Source: an uncultured Desulfosarcina sp. (GTDB taxonomy: Bacteria > Desulfobacterota > Desulfobacteria > Desulfobacterales > Desulfosarcinaceae). Taken from it: a stretch of 64,000 nt of DNA. Each line of letters begins with the position of its first letter. Positions within the stretch are counted from its first letter, which is position 1. A model generated the notes under the pieces. That model was not told the DNA's origin. It searched no databases and saw only the letters and a list, made by a program, of their open reading frames with translations. Where the stretch lies: positions 2,464,001 to 2,528,000 of the forward strand of contig CAXXWQ010000004.1 in assembly GCA_963674945.2 (NCBI GenBank), in the 5' to 3' direction. A program made the translations under genes and the position numbers. Shown here in pieces: positions 19,433 through 29,022 of this stretch.

Positions 19433-20317
19433 CTACTTCCATTCGATGGGGTAAACCCGGAAAAGATCGTCCACGATTTTTTCCGCCAGATCCGGTACAC
19501 ACGACACAAATTCTGCGATCATTTGATTTCCCCCTTGGGCCGACCAGTCACGGAACATTTTCTCTTCATCGCTGGCACAGGTGAAGTGCTCGTCGAGCAA
19601 AACCACATCGTCATCGATGCGAATGAGCCGTACGCGAATTTCCAGAAAAATATCCATGGGTGGATCGATTCGATATTGTCCGCGAAGGCCGGCATGGAGG
19701 AACTGGATGGACAATTTCGTGTCGATGGTGTCGTTTGCCGGAAACGATCGACGCCTATTGGACTGGCTTGCCGTGGCCACTTGGTCTTCGGGCCAGGCGA
19801 CGAATCGCAGATCCGTTCGGAGGTTACCCAATTCGAGCAGGAGCTGAAGAAAATCCTCCCGAAGAGGCATTTGCCGAAGTTCATCCGATGCTTTCAAAAG
19901 CATGGTCTCCGCGTTTTCCACCTCCTGTTCCGGAAGGGCCGTGAATATGCCGTGAACGCCTCCGACCAACGCACCCATGGGGGCAAACAACACGCCCAGT
20001 GCCGTTCCCCCGGGAATCGGCGAGACGAAGCCGAGCATCACCGGAAGGGAGGCCCCGACCAGGACTCCCCTTTTTGCTCCACCCCAAACCCCCTTGGCCG
20101 GCAGCAGGACCCGGTTTTCGGGAAACGCCGAATCGAGATGGACACCCACCGTATGGCATTCGGACCGGATTTTTTCCAGGTCGGTCGGATCCATTGAGTA
20201 AATATGAGGCGATTTCGCACAACCTGCGGCCAATAGAAGCAGTGCGAGCAATGCGGCCGTCCGCATATCCCCACTGTGTGGATTCATGTGGCTTGTTTTG
20301 GAATTCTTCTTTGCCAT
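19433..20317 (-). CDS. Hypothetical lipoprotein with glycine-rich hydrophobic segment
   Basis: LLLAAGC lipobox and a GAKRGVLVG...GALVGGVHG glycine-zipper-like segment. Start uncertain. Confidence 0.65.
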   Translation of the reverse strand: MAKKNSKTSHMNPHSGDMRTAALLALLLLAAGCAKSPHIYSMDPTDLEKIRSECHTVGVHLDSAFPENRVLLPAKGVWGGAKRGVLVGASLPVMLGFVSPIPGGTALGVLFAPMGALVGGVHGIFTALPEQEVENAETMLLKASDELRQMPLREDFLQLLLELGNLRTDLRFVAWPEDQVATASQSNRRRSFPANDTIDTKLSIQFLHAGLRGQYRIDPPMDIFLEIRVRLIRIDDDVVLLDEHFTCASDEEKMFRDWSAQGGNQMIAEFVSCVPDLAEKIVDDLFRVYPIEWK

Positions 20318-20732
20318 TTCGATCTCACATTAAAAGCCAAATACCGCCATGAGAGCCGAAGTTTGGCCCGCGTTTTATTCTTCCCCAAAACGTAGCGATC
20401 GTCGTCGAAAAACGAGTCGATCCAATCGGCAGCCGACAGCATCATCTCCGAGGAACGATTATGGGTATCGCCGAGTCAACACCTGCTGTATGCCCGATTG
20501 CCATTCACCAATTTCTGATACCCATACCTAATTTTTCGCTGCACGCATCGTCGTATTGGATGAAATCCGCCGTGAGGCAGGAAAGGGATCGTCTGGTCCA
20601 CCGACGGCTTCCCCATTCGTGATGAATTTGACAACAAGTGATTGGCAGAGTATAAAAAAAATGCTATAAAGACGCAAAACATTTCAACAGTTCATAATAC
20701 CGATCCACGCAAGTTCCTTATCCAAATCGAAA

Positions 20733-20763
20733 GGGGCGAAGCCCAATTTTGTTGATTCGCCCC
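20733..20763 (-). terminator. Possible intrinsic terminator
   Basis: GGGGCGAA/TTCGCCCC stem followed on the minus strand by TTTCGATTT. Confidence 0.4.
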
Positions 20764-20821
20764 GAAGTTTTTATCCATCCTTTTGGTTTTCGATGGCTGC
20801 TTTATCATGGCACCATCCATG

Positions 20822-21208
20822 CTAAAAGTTATCCGCTATTCGGAATTGCACTGTGAAGTAAAGGTTCCTGATTCCCAGACGATCCAGCGGGATGATCGCC
20901 GAATGGTCTTTTGATAAACCTGGAGGGAACGATACAGAAATGGGCACCTCGCCTGTAATCAACCATTCACCAGCACACCGATGGCAGTCATAATATCCGA
21001 TGTGTCCATAACCACCACAAGTGGAACAAGGCGCTCGCGCAGGAACCATGATCCTCGCGGCTCCGCCCCGACGGGACTGCTCACTGGTCAGCGGCACTTC
21101 CAAGGTCATATTTTGCATCCGGCCGGATCTGGATGGAACTCCTTTGTCAATATCGGGAGTTGCATTCGATGTAATTTCTAAAATCGCGAAATAGCTTTGG
21201 GCCATCAT
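20822..21208 (-). pseudogene. Internally deleted DnaJ-like gene
   Basis: AGGAGG-ATG. The J-domain start MAQSYFAILEITSNAT joins directly to the C-terminal part with CSTCGGYG and CHRCAGE zinc repeats. No HPD motif. Confidence 0.65.
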
Positions 21209-21409
21209 AAACCTCCTTTCCTGTATATCCGTGTCAAGGGGCAACGACGCCGCTATGGCCTGCAACGCATCCTCATCCGCCATGAGGAAATCGAACAGGG
21301 ATTTTTGCTTGATCCCGAACTGGGCGGCCAGAGAACGCAGAAGCGCAATTGTTGTCGGATGCAGTTTGAACGTTGCCCGCACCGATTTCTTTCCCGGCAG
21401 ACCGGGGAT

Positions 21410-21492
21410 GAACTGGATGTCTGCCAGGGTCTTTCCGGCCGTTAATCTAACCGAGGATGCGGAAAACTACTATATCCGGGCCGAACTGCCGC
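21410..21492 (+). pseudogene. Hsp20 fragment
   Basis: SARVFPAVNLTEDAENYYIRAELP matches the start of an alpha-crystallin domain, then breaks off. Confidence 0.65.
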
Positions 21493-21756
21493 CGAATATC
21501 CACTTTTTCATTCCAGGCAATCTGATGTTCATCCATGACGTTTTCCTGTCTGATGGTTTTGGTGTTGCACAGTATCTGATTTGCATTTCGCTACTGCATA
21601 TCATACACTGAGTCACCAACCTGAGAGGAGCGTTTCAATTTTTTTTGAAAGAATAAAATATCTTGTAATACTAAAATGATGGCTCAATTCCTACCTCGAA
21701 CATGTGAAACGCTTCGCTCAGGTTAACGTAACTCATATGGATTTGGAAAGTCGGAT

Positions 21757-22299
21757 ATGATCCTTGCCGTGGACGTGCATTACAAAGGCAACTGTGCTGC
21801 TATCGGCGGCGTTACCTTCGCAAAATGGTCTTCAGCGGGTGAAGAGTCCACCTACTTGAGTCGCATGACCGGAATCAAAGACTATATGCCTGGCGCGTTC
21901 TTTCGCAGAGAACTGCCCTGTATCCTTCATCTCCTCTCGGAGCATTCACTAACACCAGACACGATCGTGGTGGATGGTTTCGTGTTTCTCGATGGACTTA
22001 CTACACCGGGATTGGGCAAGCACCTGTTTGACGCCCTTGGCCATAGAGTACCTGTTGTCGGAGTCGCCAAGAGCAGATTCGCCGCAGCCCCGGAAGATAT
22101 CAAGTTGTATCGAGGAAGGAGTAAGACACCACTGTATGTAACAAGCGTGGGAATCCCATCGGTCGAAGCAAGACAATGCATCCTGTCCATGCATGGACGG
22201 TATCGCATACCTTTCATGTTGAAAATGGCAGACCAGGTGTCGAGAATGATTGCGCCAACATCAGGTGGATCGCTGGCACTGTGTTGTTCCCAAAATTAG
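21757..22299 (+). CDS. nfi: Endonuclease V-family protein (short type)
   Basis: MILAVDVHY, YMPGAFFRRELPC, IVVDGFV, GLGKHL, VVGVAKS, RGRSKTPLYVT and RIPFMLKMAD motifs. Confidence 0.85.
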   Translation: MILAVDVHYKGNCAAIGGVTFAKWSSAGEESTYLSRMTGIKDYMPGAFFRRELPCILHLLSEHSLTPDTIVVDGFVFLDGLTTPGLGKHLFDALGHRVPVVGVAKSRFAAAPEDIKLYRGRSKTPLYVTSVGIPSVEARQCILSMHGRYRIPFMLKMADQVSRMIAPTSGGSLALCCSQN

Positions 22300-22412
22300 G
22301 GACACCTGTTTCAAGCGGGCGTCAACCGGTTTATCGATCCCTCAATCATGGGGAAAAGACAACAATGAATAATCTTCTTCAATATTAACAGGTTACTGAT
22401 TGGAACGCTGGT

Positions 22413-24680
22413 TTGTACAATCTCAAATTCCACGCTTCGTTGAAGGTAAAGTGGGTCATCGTTCTGGTGGTGGATTTTTTTTTACTGATCGCTGCGGCTT
22501 TTCCGGTGCAGGCCGATCCTCCGCCGGCACGTCCGGATGATCCCCAGCGACCGAGACTCGGGCTGGTGCTTTCCGGTGGCGGTGCCCTTGGATATGCGCA
22601 CATCGGTGTGCTTCGCGTATTAGAAGAACTGCATGTGCCAATTGACTGTGTGGTGGGAACGAGTATGGGTGCCCTGGTGGGCGGTGCCTATGCCGCAGGT
22701 ATCAGCCCTGCACACATGCAACAACTTATCTCCGAAACCGATATCGGTGCGCTTTTCGATGACGATCCGCCTCGTTCCGAAATTGCTCAATCCATCAAAC
22801 AAGACGACTTCAAGCCGTTGTTCGATCTATCTTTAGGATTTAACAAAGGGAAAATTGAACTACCCTTTGGCGCATCGGCCGGATACAAGTTTGAATTGTT
22901 TCTCAAGGAACTAATCGGCCTTCGTTCATCCATGTCGAATATTCATTTTGATGACATGCCCATACCCTATCGTGCAATCGCCACTGATCTGGGGACCGGT
23001 GCGATGATGGTATTTGACCACGGCGATTTAACCAAAGTCATGCGTGCAAGCATGTCACTGCCCGGTCTCGTTTCTCCAATCGAAATCGATGACCACCTAT
23101 ACGTCGATGGCGGACTGGTAAACAATCTGCCAATCGATGTGGGACGGAGTTTGTGCGGTGAGATAATCATTGCCGTTAATTTGGGAACGAAGCCCAAATC
23201 CAAGGATGAGATCAAAAATTCGCTCGATGTTGCCATGCAATCCATCGTGTTGTTGACAGAACAAAATGTAACGGCTTCACTTGCCGAACTGACGGATCGT
23301 GATATTCTCATTTCTCCCAATCTCAATGGATTCGAATCCTCGGATTTCTCCAAACCGCAGCAAATCATTGAACGCGGCGTTGAGGCCGCAATGGCGAATA
23401 AAAAAAAGCTTTCCAGGTTGGCAGTGTCCCCAATTGAATATCAGCGTTGGCTGGCGGCACATCAACCCGAACAAATGCCACCCGTAACGATCGACAAAAT
23501 CGATGTGAAAGCATCTGATGAAGTTAGTGCAAAAGCCGTAGAACGAGATATTAAAACAAGCACCGGTGAAGATTTCGATATGAATCGTTTGCATAAGGAT
23601 ATCGTCGATATCTATGGTCGTGGCGATTTTTCCTATGTCGGATATTCCGCCATTGCTTCAGATGATGCGGTCGATATCGTTATCGAAGCCCAACGCAAGC
23701 CGTGGGGACCTGGTTACCTGAAATTTGGTTTCGATATGGCAACGGATTTCAACAGTCCGACACAATTCAACCTGGCGGCAAGCTATCGCCGAACCTGGCT
23801 GAATTCCCTCGGCGCGGAATTGCGAACCGATGTACAAATCGGTTATGACTCTTTGATTGATATTGAATTTTTTCAGCCCTTGCAGATTCGAGATGGTGCT
23901 TTTGTTTCGCCCTATTTCTTTGCAAGACGCAATTCGGTACAATTCTACATAGAAGATGATCGCTTGGGCGATGTTGATGTACAGCGGATGCAGCTCGGCC
24001 TTGATGTGGGCATTACCGGAAGTTTTGGTGAAATGAGAATCGGTGGTTATGGCAATTACATTGACAGCAATCCTGATCTTGGCATCTTGAATGTTGCCCT
24101 GGAAGAGGAGCAGGTCTACCAGACGGGCTTCTCAGTCTCGGGCCAATATGACCAGCTTGACAGCAGCGTTTTTCCCCGCTCGGGGATATATGCCGAAACT
24201 GAAATTCGCAAAGCATACCAAAGCGGGGACGTCTCCGAAGGGTACACAAGAGCGCAACTGACCATCACCGGAGCCAAGAGCTTTGGAGAAAATACACTCA
24301 ATGGATATGTTGGATGGGGAGAATTATTGGGTGGTGTGGAGAACCTGTCCATTTATGATACCTTTTCCCTTGGCGGCCCCAGTCGGCTTTCCGGCTTGTA
24401 TCTGGATCAGTTAACCGGATCCCGGTACAATCTCGCTGTACTCAGATATTATCGGCGGTTCGCAAGCCTGCCACCACAATTGGGGCGCGGTTTATACTTC
24501 GGAGGTTCCCTGGAATCAGGGAGAATCAATGATGATCTTATGGAAGATCCATGGAGTTGGGTTACGGCAGGCGGCATCTTCCTGGGCGCCGACACCTTCC
24601 TTGGTGGCTTTTATTTGGGTTACGGGTATGCGAGCCTGGGACAAGGATCGTTTTATATGGTATTCGGTCCACAATTTTAA
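22413..24680 (+). CDS. Patatin phospholipase-POTRA-beta-barrel protein (PlpD/type Vd-like)
   Basis: LSGGGALG, GTSMG and DGG motifs, a POTRA-like middle, and a barrel ending in F. Start uncertain. Confidence 0.88.
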   Translation: MYNLKFHASLKVKWVIVLVVDFFLLIAAAFPVQADPPPARPDDPQRPRLGLVLSGGGALGYAHIGVLRVLEELHVPIDCVVGTSMGALVGGAYAAGISPAHMQQLISETDIGALFDDDPPRSEIAQSIKQDDFKPLFDLSLGFNKGKIELPFGASAGYKFELFLKELIGLRSSMSNIHFDDMPIPYRAIATDLGTGAMMVFDHGDLTKVMRASMSLPGLVSPIEIDDHLYVDGGLVNNLPIDVGRSLCGEIIIAVNLGTKPKSKDEIKNSLDVAMQSIVLLTEQNVTASLAELTDRDILISPNLNGFESSDFSKPQQIIERGVEAAMANKKKLSRLAVSPIEYQRWLAAHQPEQMPPVTIDKIDVKASDEVSAKAVERDIKTSTGEDFDMNRLHKDIVDIYGRGDFSYVGYSAIASDDAVDIVIEAQRKPWGPGYLKFGFDMATDFNSPTQFNLAASYRRTWLNSLGAELRTDVQIGYDSLIDIEFFQPLQIRDGAFVSPYFFARRNSVQFYIEDDRLGDVDVQRMQLGLDVGITGSFGEMRIGGYGNYIDSNPDLGILNVALEEEQVYQTGFSVSGQYDQLDSSVFPRSGIYAETEIRKAYQSGDVSEGYTRAQLTITGAKSFGENTLNGYVGWGELLGGVENLSIYDTFSLGGPSRLSGLYLDQLTGSRYNLAVLRYYRRFASLPPQLGRGLYFGGSLESGRINDDLMEDPWSWVTAGGIFLGADTFLGGFYLGYGYASLGQGSFYMVFGPQF

Positions 24681-25140
24681 AGATCGATCATATGGAAGGG
24701 ATATCGTAGTTGATAACATGCGAGATCTGAGTAACATCTTTACCGCGAGCTGCGATATCGGCCCGATTCAATTTCTGAGTCTGCCGATAAATTCCCACAC
24801 CACCATAAGTAGCCACGCTTCTGACGCGAGTATGCTGCCCAAGTATTTTAATTGTTTGATGCTATTTTCGGATAATAGATTGAATTTATGCGAGCAATAT
24901 AAATTTAAGCGAAATTTCAATGATTTAGCTTGATTTCTGTGTGAAATATGACTATATTGTGCATATTCAATCAAGTCCTGCCCCTATTTAGTCTTCGGGA
25001 CGGTTCCTTTCTGAAGGAAAACTTCCATTTGTAAAAATGGCTCCCTCCAGTTTGCGACATTGAATTTCTTGCCCTGATAGTAAAGAAGACTCTTTTTCTA
25101 TCTTCAGCTATTATTATTTCAACCGAAAGGGAGGTAACAA

Positions 25141-25494
25141 ATGCGCCAGAAATATTTAATTTCCCGAAATTTAGAAAGAAAAGAATTGAGAATTATGGAA
25201 TATGCTGTCCTTAATAAGGATTTGAAAAATGTCGCTTCAGAAAATTTGCGGAAGGATAGTTACTCATTACTTGCCAGAGAAACATATGAAAGTGAAACAA
25301 TTGTCGCATCCATTTCCCGTGGAAACACTGCTCTGGTTGAAACGCTCCGCACGCAAAACATTTTTCCCATTAGCCCATATGCCAGCAAAATAGCTGAAAC
25401 AATTAGAGAACTATATGACCTCTCCGAAGATGCCACAATGGAATTGTTTTTTGACGACATGGATTTAATCTCTATTGAGCAAAACGTTGAATGA
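25141..25494 (+). CDS. Hypothetical protein (117 aa)
   Basis: Strong GGAGG RBS and an AT-rich open frame. Confidence 0.75.
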   Translation: MRQKYLISRNLERKELRIMEYAVLNKDLKNVASENLRKDSYSLLARETYESETIVASISRGNTALVETLRTQNIFPISPYASKIAETIRELYDLSEDATMELFFDDMDLISIEQNVE

Positions 25495-25569
25495 TTGACA
25501 TTCAAAATACTGTCTTGCCATCTTTGGCCTGGAAAAGCTTTTTAGTGGGCCGTTTTCCTCCCTAAACCC

Positions 25570-25750
25570 GCCTGTGCTGTAGGGGCATCCAGCAGTTTCC
25601 TATCCCGTTCGTAAATATCCGGGCGAAAGGTAACGACGCCTTGCGCATCGACCGAGACCGTACCGTAGAACAAAATGACTGGAAACGAATCGTTCAGATG
25701 GATTCGTTTTGTTTCACCGGATTGCAACAGCGCCCGGAGACGATCATCCG
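25570..25750 (-). pseudogene. C-terminal remnant of a YcbB/LdtD-like L,D-transpeptidase
   Basis: ETKRIHLNDSFPVILFYGTVSVDAQGVVTFRPDIYERDRKL resembles the YcbB C-terminus. No catalytic HxxC region upstream. Confidence 0.55.
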
Positions 25751-25886
25751 ACGCCTGACCATCGATTCGATGCCTGTCTTGAAATCGACAGGTGAGGAAG
25801 ATGTCGCCCATCGATTTTTTGAAAAACATCGAAAAGCGGCCGGAATCATGGTGGCTATAGCACGAATTCCGAAAGTTGCGTAATGA

Positions 25887-26735
25887 CTATTTCCCTTCGT
25901 GCGTATCGGCAGGGCGATGAAATGCGCCGTGACGCAGAAAATAGACGGTCTGGGCCGCAATCTCTTTTTCTTTCATGATGAACGGATGGGAAAAGGGCAG
26001 TTCCAAAAAATCGGCCATCCCCTCCACCTTTGCCCGTTCTACGGAAACCTTGCCATCGTCTTCCCCGGGAATTTTCCCGGCAAACCAGGCATCGAACATG
26101 GCATGCGTGTTGCCGGTAATCACACCCACCGGGTAGTCGACCGCTCCCAGGCCGGCGATAAAGCTGTCCGGACCGGTACCCAGCTGCTGTCCGGCCGGGC
26201 CGTTATACCATTGGTAAAGGGGGTTGTCCTTGAGTGCGTCGGCGATCTCGCTGCCCTGGTTTGGCGGGCTGAGCATGACCACCCGCCCGAGAGTCTCAAT
26301 GGGACGCCGGGTCAGGTAAAAGCGTACCAGGATACCGCCCATGGAGTGGGTCACGAAATGGATTTTTTGCACATTCTTTGCTTGGCATTGTTCGATTCCC
26401 CGGGGAATGACATCCATGGCAAGTGTTTCAACAGAATCGTCACGGGAGGGGTAATCCAGGTTGACCGTATCGAAACCGGCCTTCTCCAGCGCTTCGGCCA
26501 ATTCCGCCATTGAATCGGCGGTGCGCCCTAATCCATGAAGCAGGATGACACATTCGGTATTCGCTTTGCATTCCGGACCGTCGGCCTCTAGCGGAAAGGC
26601 TGACAGTACTGTAATGAGAAACGTCCATGGCAGAAACAAAACAATCTTTTGAAAATCGAAACGAACGATACTCTTTTGAATCTGCAATTGTCCCAGTGCC
26701 TTGTCGATCGCTTGCATTTTAAGGAACTCGTTCAT
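25887..26735 (-). CDS. Secreted alpha/beta hydrolase (esterase/lipase)
   Basis: VILLHGLGR, HFVTHSMGG, LSPPNQGS, DDGKVSV and HPFIM motifs. Start uncertain. Confidence 0.88.
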   Translation of the reverse strand: MNEFLKMQAIDKALGQLQIQKSIVRFDFQKIVLFLPWTFLITVLSAFPLEADGPECKANTECVILLHGLGRTADSMAELAEALEKAGFDTVNLDYPSRDDSVETLAMDVIPRGIEQCQAKNVQKIHFVTHSMGGILVRFYLTRRPIETLGRVVMLSPPNQGSEIADALKDNPLYQWYNGPAGQQLGTGPDSFIAGLGAVDYPVGVITGNTHAMFDAWFAGKIPGEDDGKVSVERAKVEGMADFLELPFSHPFIMKEKEIAAQTVYFLRHGAFHRPADTHEGK

Positions 26736-26865
26736 TATTCCAATTCAAAAGGACTTTTTCATAAAAAGTGTTTCCCTCGTCTTCGTCTGTCTGCGAAGAA
26801 AATACTAACGCGTTTCTTGCATGCGATTGTATGGCCATATTTGGCATGGAAACGCTTTCTATATT

Positions 26866-27033
26866 CTATAACGGTACGACCCACCAAATACACGCAAAAA
26901 TCACCGCCAGACCGAAAAGAGCGCCGACTGTGGCGGGTTTGCGTTTGGCATGCAGTTTTCTGCGGTTGCTTTTCATAATCAAGGCCAATCGTGCCGGGTT
27001 CTGATCATAGGGAGATGCGATGGTGCTTATCAT
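26866..27033 (-). CDS. Small 55-aa membrane protein (not in ORF track)
   Basis: AAGGAG-7nt-ATG. MISTIASPYDQNPARLALIMKSNRRKLHAKRKPATVGALFGLAVIFACIWWVVPL* has a basic stretch and a C-terminal TM helix. Confidence 0.6.
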   Translation of the reverse strand: MISTIASPYDQNPARLALIMKSNRRKLHAKRKPATVGALFGLAVIFACIWWVVPL

Positions 27034-27055
27034 TGTTTTGCTCCTTTGGCTTGAA

Positions 27056-28711
27056 CCTGAATCAGTGGCCTAATTTTTGCTGTTAGGATTGGCGCGGGGC
27101 GATTGCCTCACACACCATCATTTGTTGATAATTTTTCTCACTATTTTCAAATTTCGAAGGAATTTTGCTCCTGTTTCTCATTCTTTAGCCATAGCAAATC
27201 ACCAAGCAAATGCCTGTAAAATTGTTCTTTTAAAAATTATAGCTACTTCATAGCGGAAAGCAAATTCAGACGAAGATAAATCCGATCCATCAGTTTGGAA
27301 AATGGATTGAGTTGGCCAAAGGATATGTACCATTTTCTACTTCTGGTTACTAATCGACCGGCCATATACATCAAGTCCTGCATGACTGTCCGGATTCGAC
27401 GCCGGGTAACTTTCTTCCGGCGTATACCGGGCAATTCAGTCGGATCACTCTCTTCGATGCTGATTTGTCCGATAATCCGTAGCATGTTGTACGTCAGCAT
27501 CGCCAAATGAAGAATCAAGCTATTGGTGGAAAAATGACCGCTCGGCAAGCGCTCCAGGCCCATGTCGGATTTGAGTTCGGAGTGAAACTGCTCGCTGGTA
27601 CCGTGATCGTGATAAAGTCGAATCACCTCATCCGGTGGCAACTGTGCGAGGCTGCACCAATAGGTATCGATCTGATACTCGGGGAACAGCAGTACTTGGC
27701 CCTTTTTGGTATGCCTTTCGGTAACCTCAAAGATGATTGGGTAGCGCAATGGATTGCCGTTGATGTCTTCAATCGTCTTTCCGATCCATACACATTTTCC
27801 TGAGCGGCAATGCTGTTGCTTGCCGGATTTTTTTGCCAGATCAACCCACTTTTGAACAGATTCTCTACGCAAATTGCGTTTGATGATAAAGTGGACATTC
27901 TTTCGTGAATCGTCAGGAAAGTTGTCTTGACTGTCGTTTCCTGAATCCAACCTCATCAAAATAGGCTGATCGGTAATTTGCCTGGCATAATCCAAGGTGG
28001 CGTTGATAAATTCGGGGGTGTTTTTCTGGCAGTGTTGTTTTCCTTCTCTGAACTCAAGATTCACCAGATACCCCTCGGTGCCCAGGTAGGCAAAGATCGG
28101 AGCGAAGCCATCCGTGCCTTTGTAGGTTCTGGAAACGCCTTCCTTTTGAGTCTTTGAGTTGTCAAACGGACTCACATCCATATCCAAAGGAAGGAAATCA
28201 CCCGCACTGGTTTGGATGGGTGAAATCGCCGGAGCGCAGGATCGAACCAAATCAACGCCTGCATCCTTAATCAGCTTATCGGCTTGGTTGCCGATCAAAT
28301 CGATTCGCTGACGCAATGTCGGGCTTGACGGGCATGCACGATTGCCAATGGCCTTGTTGAAAAATTCTTGCTTCTCACGAAAAATCTCGATCGCATCGTA
28401 ATCAGGTTTACCAATACTCATGAGAGCAATCATCGAAGCTAAAATGTCACCATGAGAAATTTTCGGGTCTACACAATGGACGCCGTTGATCTTTTCGAAA
28501 CGGAACCTGAAATTTATCGCATCAAGTAATGCGCCGATATTGATCAATCCGCTATGACTGGCAAGTTTTTCCATCTCGTGTTTTATGGTGATCGGACGCC
28601 GCATTGATTTCACCTCCGAAGTGAGCGTTTAGTGCCCTAATATTACCATAATATATATGTTTTATCAATTGGTTATAGTGTTTTAATCAGGTTTTGTGCC
28701 ACGGAAACAGG
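27056..28711 (-). mobile_element. IS1380-family insertion sequence (1656 bp)
   Basis: Imperfect TIRs CCTGAATCAGTGGC and CCTGTTTCCGTGGC. A 5-bp direct repeat TTGAA at 27051-27055 and 28712-28716. Confidence 0.9.
27243..28613 (-). CDS. IS1380-family DDE transposase
   Basis: LDMDVS, SRTYKG, RLDSGND and YHDHGTSEQFHSELKSD motifs. Confidence 0.93.
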   Translation of the reverse strand: MKSMRRPITIKHEMEKLASHSGLINIGALLDAINFRFRFEKINGVHCVDPKISHGDILASMIALMSIGKPDYDAIEIFREKQEFFNKAIGNRACPSSPTLRQRIDLIGNQADKLIKDAGVDLVRSCAPAISPIQTSAGDFLPLDMDVSPFDNSKTQKEGVSRTYKGTDGFAPIFAYLGTEGYLVNLEFREGKQHCQKNTPEFINATLDYARQITDQPILMRLDSGNDSQDNFPDDSRKNVHFIIKRNLRRESVQKWVDLAKKSGKQQHCRSGKCVWIGKTIEDINGNPLRYPIIFEVTERHTKKGQVLLFPEYQIDTYWCSLAQLPPDEVIRLYHDHGTSEQFHSELKSDMGLERLPSGHFSTNSLILHLAMLTYNMLRIIGQISIEESDPTELPGIRRKKVTRRRIRTVMQDLMYMAGRLVTRSRKWYISFGQLNPFSKLMDRIYLRLNLLSAMK

Positions 28712-28772
28712 TTGAAGTAAAAACGTGGCTTCAGGTTTCATTCCTTGATTTGCGGAATTTGATGGTTGACAA

Positions 28773-28789
28773 TACAAGGAGCATGCCAC
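28773..28789 (-). promoter_or_regulatory. Putative sigma54 -24/-12 promoter
   Basis: GTGGCATGCTCCTTGTA: TGGC with correct spacing, but -12 is TTGT instead of TTGC. Confidence 0.5.
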
Positions 28790-28952
28790 GGTTTTTTTCC
28801 AAATCCAAAACGAGCATAACTATTTGAAATTCTGATTAATATTACCATTGTGCGTCAAGAGGGGGCAATGGAGGCAGAAGAAACGGGATGAGGAATCGCG
28901 ACTGTTTTGGCGCCCTCCCAACATTAACCTGCTGAATTCATATGAAATATAA

Positions 28953-28976
28953 AAGTACGCCAATATTGGCATACTT
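28953..28976. promoter_or_regulatory. Palindromic enhancer (UAS) candidate
   Basis: AAGTACGCCAATATTGGCATACTT is a near-perfect palindrome. A related CGACTGTTTTGGCG lies near 28899. Confidence 0.5.
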
Positions 28977-29022
28977 CAAGCCATTATGGTCTTGTGCGAA
29001 TTTTGCTATGTGGGCATTTCGT

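Noticed and set aside
21700..22320. Possible integron cassette around the EndoV gene (CGCTTCGCTCAGGTTAAC upstream, GCCAAC near the end)
   Set aside because: No complete attC with paired R and L boxes, and no integrase in the window.
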